From positions 1 through 24,830 of IMG/VR virus record IMGVR_UViG_3300010342_001192: a DNA stretch of 24,830 bases, one strand, 5' to 3'. The notes under the pieces are model-generated. The model was not told the origin of the DNA. It made no database searches and worked only from the letters and a program-made list of their open reading frames with translations. This document shows, piece after piece, positions 16,952 to 23,951 of this stretch; position 1 is the first letter of the stretch, and each line of letters begins with the position of its first letter. This DNA comes from a virus. A program made the translations under genes and the position numbers.

Positions 16952-18214
16952 TTAATTCCATACTGTTCCGAGGACTTTTATTTTCTTTCGGATCTCATCC
17001 TCCTTCCATTTTTTTGATCCCGGATAGCTTGAATAGATTGAAAGATCTCCTTTAACTTCTTTTGGAAACCCATCAAGTTTTGTAAAAATATTTTGAGCTA
17101 CATAAAAACCTCCATATATTATCTTAAATTTAATAAAATATGGAAAATTATTTATATTGCAATCAACTAAATTTAAGTCATCTAAAACATCGATGGTTCC
17201 ATCTTTATTTATCCTATATTCTACATACTTATCATCATTTGGATCTTCAGAAATACCACATTCTTTAAACCAATTTTTTATCTGAGCATGGTATCCTATA
17301 TCTAAAGAGGATTTTGGATTAATATTTCTGTGAAATTCCATATTCTCTTTTATTGGTACATCAACTATTTCTTGTGGTTCATCACCCCAAGCAGATCCTT
17401 TTACTCTACAGACCTTTCGTATATCTTTTTGAGAAAATAACCCTGGATTATTATGGCAAACATAATTTCCATCTACATGTCTTGGCCCATCCTCTAATGT
17501 CATTAATTTATTGTTAGAGCATTTAAAATTACCTTTTAGATTTTCAGTTCCTACAACCTTTTTGGGGCACCCCCGTAAAGTTTTTAATTGGTTATCAGAA
17601 ATATCAAATCCTCCGATAACAGTTCCAAATTGAATATATTCTGGAAGGACTTCTCCTATATTTCTTAATCGTATAACTAATTGAACCTCAGGAGCTGTAT
17701 TTATAATAAGATCTTTCGAAATAACAGTATCCTCTAATAGATCATGTTCATTTAACCATTTTTCAATTAATGCCCTTTTACCTATATTCATGGAAACCAT
17801 TGGATCCCCTCCTCTGTGAAATTCTTGAGCTTCATTCATACTTCTGGGAAGAAATTCAAATAATCCGTTCTTAAATTGTTTTGGCGTTCCTTTTACAAAT
17901 CCATGTCTTGGGCGAACATTATCATTTTTATTTGCCTTAAAATCTTCTAAATCCACAAAATATTTAAACCAGATAATCCATTCCTTAGAAGACGAATTAT
18001 CAAATTCTTCCGTCTGTAATATAACACCTATTGGTAAATCGGAAACCGGGAAATCGCCGTATGATATTTCATTATTAGTGTCCAGAGGAATATTTTTTAT
18101 AACTTTTAGCAAATCTCCCTCATGAAGATTATTCCATGAAGGCATCCCAATTTTCATGGAAGACTTTGGATCTATTCCCCTTTCAAAATTAATATGTTCC
18201 TTTACAATTTTCAT
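16952..18214 (-). CDS. Triple-tagged protein: unique domain plus two LRR-like solenoid modules (420 aa)
   Basis: Tags at 18146-18187, 17780-17821 and 17294-17335; repeats TLRGCPKKV.G.FKCSNNKLMTLEDGP and KLDGFPKEVKGDL. Confidence 0.8.
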   Translation of the reverse strand: MKIVKEHINFERGIDPKSSMKIGMPSWNNLHEGDLLKVIKNIPLDTNNEISYGDFPVSDLPIGVILQTEEFDNSSSKEWIIWFKYFVDLEDFKANKNDNVRPRHGFVKGTPKQFKNGLFEFLPRSMNEAQEFHRGGDPMVSMNIGKRALIEKWLNEHDLLEDTVISKDLIINTAPEVQLVIRLRNIGEVLPEYIQFGTVIGGFDISDNQLKTLRGCPKKVVGTENLKGNFKCSNNKLMTLEDGPRHVDGNYVCHNNPGLFSQKDIRKVCRVKGSAWGDEPQEIVDVPIKENMEFHRNINPKSSLDIGYHAQIKNWFKECGISEDPNDDKYVEYRINKDGTIDVLDDLNLVDCNINNFPYFIKFKIIYGGFYVAQNIFTKLDGFPKEVKGDLSIYSSYPGSKKWKEDEIRKKIKVLGTVWN

Positions 18215-18669
18215 TCGCTATCATCTGCTTGAATGTTTGGGGCAAAACAAACTTTTCTTATTTCAGCTTCGGTAAATTCTGCTTTATTTCCAAAACAATA
18301 AACACACTCACGGACCTCTTTTGGAAACCCCTTTAAATCTGTAATTTCATTCATTTGACAAGAAAAATATCCATTTACTTTTTTGGGGCATCCAACCAAG
18401 GAAACTATTCCGCAATCATCAATATCAAAAGAACCTGAAGAATTAAATCTAATATAATCAGGAAATCTTCCATTTGGAAATAATTCCGGTCTTTCAACTG
18501 CAATGACATCCAAATCCGTATCTATAGTAAAATCCGAATTAAGCTTATAATTTCTTACCCCGATATGAACCTCATCAAGCCAGCCCTGAATTAATTTAGC
18601 TTTTCCAATACCTATGGCTTCTTTAGGATCTAATCCCCTTTCAAAATTGATATTTTCCCTAACTATCAT
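18211..18669 (-). CDS. Tagged LRR-like solenoid protein (152 aa)
   Basis: MIVRE-NINFERGLDPKEAIGIG; SLVGCPKKVNGYFSCQMNEITDLKGFPKEV. Confidence 0.8.
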   Translation of the reverse strand: MIVRENINFERGLDPKEAIGIGKAKLIQGWLDEVHIGVRNYKLNSDFTIDTDLDVIAVERPELFPNGRFPDYIRFNSSGSFDIDDCGIVSLVGCPKKVNGYFSCQMNEITDLKGFPKEVRECVYCFGNKAEFTEAEIRKVCFAPNIQADDSE

Positions 18670-18935
18670 ATAAAAAATAATTCACCTATTTTCCAAAGAA
18701 ATATCATACCCCAACCTCCGCACACTGTGTAGAAGAAATCATAATAATCTGGAGTTCCCTTTCCTAGCAACTTATCGTAAATAACTTCTTTGAAAGCACC
18801 TGCAACAACAGTAAGAACTGCTGCTACGCCAGCATCCCATCCATAAACGGGAACGTGTACAAATATCGCAAAAAACGCAAGAGTTATTAATGAAATAAGA
18901 GCTCCTGCAAAAAAGTGTTTAGGGTAACCTTTCAT
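18666..18935 (-). CDS. Small membrane protein, YfiM/VanZ-like phage family (89 aa)
   Basis: KHFFAG...hydrophobic helices...AGAFKEVIYDK..GKGTPDYYDFFYTVCGG pattern. Confidence 0.55.
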   Translation of the reverse strand: MKGYPKHFFAGALISLITLAFFAIFVHVPVYGWDAGVAAVLTVVAGAFKEVIYDKLLGKGTPDYYDFFYTVCGGWGMIFLWKIGELFFI

Positions 18936-19040
18936 TTTTATAATTTATTTTTATTTCTATTTAAGATATATTCTTTCTTTCTCTCTTGGACACTCATTGT
19001 ATGAGCATTTTAGAGTTAGTTTTTTATTTCATGTTAAGAT

Positions 19041-19736
19041 TTAGTTAAATTTTAAGGTCAACTCTTCCTTAACAATTTTATTTTTATTTACATTTCTATC
19101 GAATTTATGAGGATACCAAACCCCCTTCGATCTTAAAAATTTAAGTATTTTTATAAAACTATATTTATTTTCTAATTCTCTTTCTATAACTCTGGATCCA
19201 AATCCTTTAGAATAAAGATCCAAAATTTTTTCTTCATCCTCGATAGGAATTATTTTATATGATGGGTTATTGGATCCAGCAAATTGACTGCATTTTTTAT
19301 TTTTGTTCCAAGGTATTTGTCCAATATGAGATAATGATTGGTTTTTTCGACGTTCAGATGTATGTTTAACCCCCAATAAGGAATTTCTGATTTTTTCTTT
19401 ACATTCATCATTATGAAAACCGCAGCTAGGACCGATTTTCATATTATACCCAAATTTTGGCAAATACGTTTTATCTTTTTGTATCCAAAATAATTCTCTC
19501 AAATTTAAAATTTTAATTAAATCTGTTTTTTCTTCTAGCTGATATTCTTCAATAATTTTCCATTCGAAATTTTCAAATCCATATTTTCGTAAAGCTCTCT
19601 GAAATGATCCTTGTAAATTTCGAATAAAGCATCCTCCCCGATGACATTTTTTCCTTCTTTCTAAAGAGGAAGTTGTTTGCCCGTAATATTTTTTACCTTT
19701 CGGGCTAGTAGCTAAATATATAAATCCTTTATACAT
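19041..19736 (-). mobile_element. Free-standing GIY-YIG homing endonuclease with NUMOD3-like repeats (231 aa)
   Basis: GFIYLATSPKGKKYYGQT...R...H, conserved Glu helix and GYN, then HNDECKEKIRNSLLGVKHTSERRKNQSLSHIGQIPWNK. Confidence 0.8.
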
Positions 19737-19742
19737 AATTGT

Positions 19743-20477
19743 TTATGGGAACATTAGGAAAAAATCTGGTGGATTATCCCCTTTAATTTTTTCCCTTAAT
19801 CTTTCTAATTCTTCATTACCTTCAGTTCTCCAGTTATCATAATTGATCTGTACATTACCCAAGAGCTGATAATTAAAAGCCCCAAGTATGCGAGCGAGAG
19901 AAAGCTTACATTTAGCTATCATCCATTCCAATACAATAGTGTCTTCATAAGCATCTTCTTCTGGTATATGATCCATTGCTAAAACAAATAAACTTTCATT
20001 TGGCGTTCTACCGGTTATTGCTAATCGATGTGTATTTGGATTAAAATCATGATTTATATCTACAAGATTAAATGCTCGTGCAAGATCCCAGAAACTCCAT
20101 TGAATAGTTCTATAAGTAATCTGGTCTGACGAAAGAGGGGTTAGATAAAGATCTGACGCCATTAATCTATCAAAGTTTAGATCCGGGTCGTTTATACCAA
20201 ATATCCTGGATCCTCCAGTCATTTCCTTTACGGCTTTTATACCTTCAGTGCAAGTATTTAGCTGGAATGTTCTAGTATCCCTCCATTGCTGAGTTTGATA
20301 ATAGGATTTATTAATTATATAGATCCTATCATGGAGAAGTTCTCTATATTCTCTATAGAGCCATCTCATTTCCTTATCAATAATACGTTCGATCTCTTTC
20401 TGAGGCAAACTATATGGAAGAGAGCAGGATGCTGTTATCTCTCCATTTATTCTTTCGATAAACTCGGTTTTATTCAT
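19743..20477 (-). CDS. Neck/head-completion protein, T4 gp13-like (244 aa)
   Basis: C-terminal ILGAFNYQLLGNVQINYDNWRTEGNEELERLREKI resembles the gp13 C-terminus; size fits. Confidence 0.55.
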   Translation of the reverse strand: MNKTEFIERINGEITASCSLPYSLPQKEIERIIDKEMRWLYREYRELLHDRIYIINKSYYQTQQWRDTRTFQLNTCTEGIKAVKEMTGGSRIFGINDPDLNFDRLMASDLYLTPLSSDQITYRTIQWSFWDLARAFNLVDINHDFNPNTHRLAITGRTPNESLFVLAMDHIPEEDAYEDTIVLEWMIAKCKLSLARILGAFNYQLLGNVQINYDNWRTEGNEELERLREKIKGDNPPDFFLMFP

Positions 20478-20480
20478 TTT

Positions 20481-21908
20481 TTACCACTTAGGTTTATATT
20501 CATTTTGAAATCCCTTGTCTTTTCGTTCTTTGTTTAAATCTTTTAACCATTTATAATCTCTAACTTCCTCAACGGCAAGGGGTTTTGCTTGTTTTTCAAT
20601 TTTTCTTTTTGGCTCAATCACAACACATTCTTCATCAAGCTTGGCTTCCTTTCCGATACCTGCGTCTTTTATGATACTTTCACTAACATTACAATTAATG
20701 ATTTCTCCTGCATTATAAATTGAACTCTTTTTTATAGTATTATTCCTATCTGCTCTAACTCTTTCGAGAACACAATCTTCAATTTTATTATGTTCAACAA
20801 GAGTTGAAAGAATAACTCTAGAATTTTTTAAAGTACTATTCCATACTCCACAGTCCTCAACAACAGATTGTATTTCGCAGTCAACAATATCTAATTGGGA
20901 AATTTTTCCTCCTGATAATTTAGCTTCTTTTATCTGGAACCTTCCTTCAGCACTATCCCAATTGAATTTTCCTTTTCTAAATTCGCACTCAAGCATTAAT
21001 TTCATCAATGGATCCCTTAATTTAGTCCAATAAGCTTCAATTATTTCATCTGCTCTTTTTAGATCCACGCCAACCTGAATGTCTTTAAAATGCTTTAAAA
21101 AGAATTTAGGTTCATAATAGGCTCTCCTGATAATAGGATAATCTTCAAATATTTTTTCTGCACTTATATTCATCTCGGGAGTATATCCTTGAGAATTTAA
21201 AATCTGATAAGTTGAAAGAATATAATAATGAAGAGTTTCGGTTATCGATTTATGATTTTTTGGATAATCTTTTCCGCCGATATAGTTAAAAATTAATTCC
21301 CCCATAGCTTGATCTGTAAAATCTATTCCATAATAATGAGCCTTAGGCAATATAAAAAAGCTTTTTAAGTGTCCAAGAGAACTTGGGGCTGTCATAAATT
21401 CATTTGTGGGAATTAATGTCTTAATACTAACTGCAAAAGGAGAATTCTTTCTTTCCGGAAATCTTTGAAATAAATAGTTTTCATCCATTTTAAGGATCAA
21501 CTTTGCAGGATCCATATTAGAAATAGTATTAATTGTCTGAAGAGACCCATGATTAAAGGAAAGCAATACTTGTAATCCTGTAGTTTTGTCAGTTTTTGCT
21601 TTTTGATTGATCCATTCAAGAACTCCAAAAAGCATGGGCCCAACACTTAGAAAATCCTGTGGCGAAGTGATAAATTTATATCTCGGATTTTTACCCTGGT
21701 ATTCCTGGAGTAAAATTGGACTATCCCAGGTTGGGGTCATTTTTTCTGAAGTGATAGCAACAGATTTCCCGCAAACCCTCGATAGGTCTTCAGCTATAAA
21801 TGGGGTTTCTTGAGAAGAAAAGAATTCAAAAACGAACCCTATCCTTGTTGAATTAAATACCTCCTGAACAGAATAATCCTTGATATGATTGTAGAGAACT
21901 TCCATCAA
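20481..21908 (-). CDS. Amidoligase-like (COOH-NH2 ligase type 2) protein, apparently degenerate, with C-terminal beta-helix (475 aa)
   Basis: IGFVFEFF, TDKTTGLQVLLSF, YYGIDF and LIFNYIGGKDY map onto the family motifs; C-terminal ~100 aa of 5-6 residue I/V-x-x-C/S repeats. Confidence 0.55.
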   Translation of the reverse strand: MMEVLYNHIKDYSVQEVFNSTRIGFVFEFFSSQETPFIAEDLSRVCGKSVAITSEKMTPTWDSPILLQEYQGKNPRYKFITSPQDFLSVGPMLFGVLEWINQKAKTDKTTGLQVLLSFNHGSLQTINTISNMDPAKLILKMDENYLFQRFPERKNSPFAVSIKTLIPTNEFMTAPSSLGHLKSFFILPKAHYYGIDFTDQAMGELIFNYIGGKDYPKNHKSITETLHYYILSTYQILNSQGYTPEMNISAEKIFEDYPIIRRAYYEPKFFLKHFKDIQVGVDLKRADEIIEAYWTKLRDPLMKLMLECEFRKGKFNWDSAEGRFQIKEAKLSGGKISQLDIVDCEIQSVVEDCGVWNSTLKNSRVILSTLVEHNKIEDCVLERVRADRNNTIKKSSIYNAGEIINCNVSESIIKDAGIGKEAKLDEECVVIEPKRKIEKQAKPLAVEEVRDYKWLKDLNKERKDKGFQNEYKPKW

Positions 21909-21921
21909 ATCTATTTTATTT

Positions 21922-21929
21922 TATTTATC
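21922..21929 (-). promoter_or_regulatory. Late-promoter variant GATAAATA
   Basis: GGATAAATAAAA directly after the S1 terminator and 13 nt before the next ATG. Confidence 0.45.
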
Positions 21930-21932
21930 CGC

Positions 21933-21964
21933 AAAAAAGAAGGAGCTTAGTGCTCCTTCTTTTT
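21933..21964 (-). terminator. Rho-independent terminator after the S1 gene
   Basis: AAAAAAGAAGGAGC-TTAGT-GCTCCTTCTTTTT perfect inverted repeat overlapping the stop codon. Confidence 0.85.
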
Positions 21965-23210
21965 ATTCTTCTTTTTCCTTGGGTTCAAATTTCTTTATTG
22001 GCGCATCCAGCTCAAAAGTGATCTTATCATCCTTTAAATCTAGATATTTTACCTTTATCGGATCCCCTGTTACAAAATTTCTAGTAGAAATCTTTCGAAT
22101 TCTAAATTCTTTTGACGGAACTATTCCAGTAATATCTCCAACATTTACAATAACCCCAAAATTCATTATTGCCGCAATAGAAGCTTCTAAGGATTTTCCT
22201 TTATTAGCCTGAACGAAATCATCTATTTTCTTTTTCTTTTCTTCTGGGCTTTCCTCTGTTAAAATGATTCTATTTTCCTTAGTAATTTCTCCAATATAAA
22301 AAGAAGCGGCGTCCCCAGGTTTAAATATTCTCTTTCTAAAGAGATCCAGGGTACTGTCTTTCATCTTTGAAACATGAAGCAACCCAGTGAATATTTCTCC
22401 AAATTCTACAAAGATACCGTATTTGGAGGTTCCAGTTACAGTTCCCGAATAGAGTTTATTAAGATCTAATTCAGCAATTTTCTGTGGTAAAACATGCTCG
22501 ATATATTTCTTATGAGAAACGATGAATGAATTCATTTCTTTTAAGAAGTCTTCAACCATAACTATAACTTCTTTTCCAACAAGAGTTTGGAAATCAACAA
22601 TCTTATTTGGAGCTGCAAGTGATCCTGGCATAAATGCTTCTACACCAGAAACTTCTACAAAATATCCTCCACGGTTAGCATTTAGAACTTTAGCTCTGTA
22701 AGCTTTTGAAGGAGCACTAATTTGTTCCATCATCTCGTCTTTAGTTTTCTTAATATGGCCTTGCCATAAACTGATTTTTAAAGAAGGAGACGATTCAATA
22801 ACATAAGCATAAAATCCTGACGAAACAAAGTTCTTTCTTATCTCAGGATTTGCAAGAACATGGGCAAATTCTTCGGGAGTTTGGTATCCATAAATCTGAA
22901 CAAATCTCTTTTCTCTATTTAAATCTATATCCACAGTTAATCCACCCAATAATTCAACAGTCATCCTATCCTTATCAATATAAGGAATCTCGACCACTGT
23001 AACGCAGTCTCCTTTTGTTAAGTCTTTTCTTACTGATTTTGTGGATCTTTCGGAATATAGGTCAAATAATTCTTGAGCGTAAGGTTCGTGGTTAAAAACT
23101 TTAGTTTTGTTATCTACTCCTTTTATTTTGGGATTAACAGTTAAACGGGTTCCTCCCGTGTAGTTGTTTTCATATAATTCCCAATTGAATTCTTCTAATT
23201 TTCCACTCAT
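21963..23210 (-). CDS. rpsA: Phage-encoded ribosomal protein S1 homologue (415 aa, about four S1/OB domains)
   Basis: S1 repeats GGYFVEVSGVEAFMPGS...VGK...IVSHK, GTVTGTSKYGIFVEFG...GLLHVSK and AIMNFGVIVNVGDITGIVP; EEFNWELYE N-terminus recalls Bacteroidota S1. Confidence 0.8.
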   Translation of the reverse strand: MSGKLEEFNWELYENNYTGGTRLTVNPKIKGVDNKTKVFNHEPYAQELFDLYSERSTKSVRKDLTKGDCVTVVEIPYIDKDRMTVELLGGLTVDIDLNREKRFVQIYGYQTPEEFAHVLANPEIRKNFVSSGFYAYVIESSPSLKISLWQGHIKKTKDEMMEQISAPSKAYRAKVLNANRGGYFVEVSGVEAFMPGSLAAPNKIVDFQTLVGKEVIVMVEDFLKEMNSFIVSHKKYIEHVLPQKIAELDLNKLYSGTVTGTSKYGIFVEFGEIFTGLLHVSKMKDSTLDLFRKRIFKPGDAASFYIGEITKENRIILTEESPEEKKKKIDDFVQANKGKSLEASIAAIMNFGVIVNVGDITGIVPSKEFRIRKISTRNFVTGDPIKVKYLDLKDDKITFELDAPIKKFEPKEKEE

Positions 23211-23284
23211 TTATTTTAGGTTTAAAAAGTTTGACACTATAGGCTATATATTACGGCCAAAATCTAGTCTTTTTAATACTGTCG

Positions 23285-23300
23285 GATATATAAATAAAAA
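23285..23300 (+). promoter_or_regulatory. T4-like late promoter GATATATAAATAAAAA
   Basis: Contains TATAAATA 13 nt before the ATG at 23310; identical to 5046-5061. Confidence 0.7.
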
Positions 23301-23309
23301 TCTAATAAT

Positions 23310-23930
23310 ATGAATTGGGATCAAATTTATTTGGATACTTTTATCCCCGAATTACCAAGACATTGGAATAATAACTTCGCTTCTGTTAAGCGTTATCTTG
23401 ATGTTTTTTATGATGGTAGTCTCGGAATAATCATAAAACCTGTTAATACAACCGGAAGGGTAAAAGCAGCCAGAGGGGAATTTGTAACGGCTGTAGTTGA
23501 TAACCTTATCGTTAAAAACCAGTTTACAAATCTTTACGATAATACAACTTCAGTAGATGGCGATTTCTATAATACCTATATAGGAGCAGATGTTTCAACA
23601 AGAGCAGCAGATCCCTCTCTATGGGAGAATACCTCTTTTGCTTATGTTGATGTCAATAAACCCTATTATAAAATTACAAATGATATTTCAACCGCTTTTC
23701 TTTGTTCAATAATGGGGCAAGAGTTTCAGATCCTATTCGATATTTCTACAAATACAGCACCTTATAATATATTATTAGACCCTAGTATTGGAGGAACTTT
23801 TCAGACTTTAAGCGTTGCGTATGCTGATGCTCCAACAACTTGGATAAAACTGATTGCTGTAGATTATGATGCTTCCTATGGAACTACATGGGCAGTAAAA
23901 CAATACGGCGGAAATTATACAATAATTTAA
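23310..23930 (+). CDS. Probable virion structural protein (206 aa)
   Basis: Late promoter; T/S/D/N-rich beta-type composition; RVKAARGEF. Confidence 0.55.
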   Translation: MNWDQIYLDTFIPELPRHWNNNFASVKRYLDVFYDGSLGIIIKPVNTTGRVKAARGEFVTAVVDNLIVKNQFTNLYDNTTSVDGDFYNTYIGADVSTRAADPSLWENTSFAYVDVNKPYYKITNDISTAFLCSIMGQEFQILFDISTNTAPYNILLDPSIGGTFQTLSVAYADAPTTWIKLIAVDYDASYGTTWAVKQYGGNYTII

Positions 23931-23951
23931 GAAATAAAATTTTAATCAGAT

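Larger units (their letters stand above)
4613..18669 (-). repeat. Dispersed 42-nt / 14-aa coding repeat (FxRGxDPKxA/SxxIG), 18 copies
   Basis: First base of the Phe codon (minus strand) at 4654, 7469, 7743, 8105, 8177 (truncated), 8533, 9023, 9319, 9635, 11220, 11505, 11945, 14241, 15144, 17335, 17821, 18187 and 18645. Confidence 0.9.

Noticed and set aside
7428-18645. Conserved GATC within many tags as a Dam-methylation array
   Set aside because: It follows from Asp-Pro codons (GAT CCN) and is lost in copies using GAC, Asn or Ala.
4613-18669. Tag repeats as a CRISPR array, integron attC sites or DGR repeats
   Set aside because: Copies are in-frame coding, irregularly spaced, non-palindromic and synonymously diverged; no integrase, Cas or reverse transcriptase is in the window.
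19041-19110. Endonuclease C-terminus KFDRNVNKNKIVKEELTLKFN resembles fragments of the tag and prefix
   Set aside because: The order is reversed, P and IG are missing and the sequence is K/N-rich low complexity; chance is adequate.
19041-20477. Group I intron interrupting the neck gene
   Set aside because: The gp13-like ORF looks complete, only 6 nt separate it from the endonuclease, and no downstream exon or intron core is evident.
23231-23236. TTGACA as a sigma70 -35 box
   Set aside because: No -10 box at about 17 nt; a late promoter explains the downstream gene.
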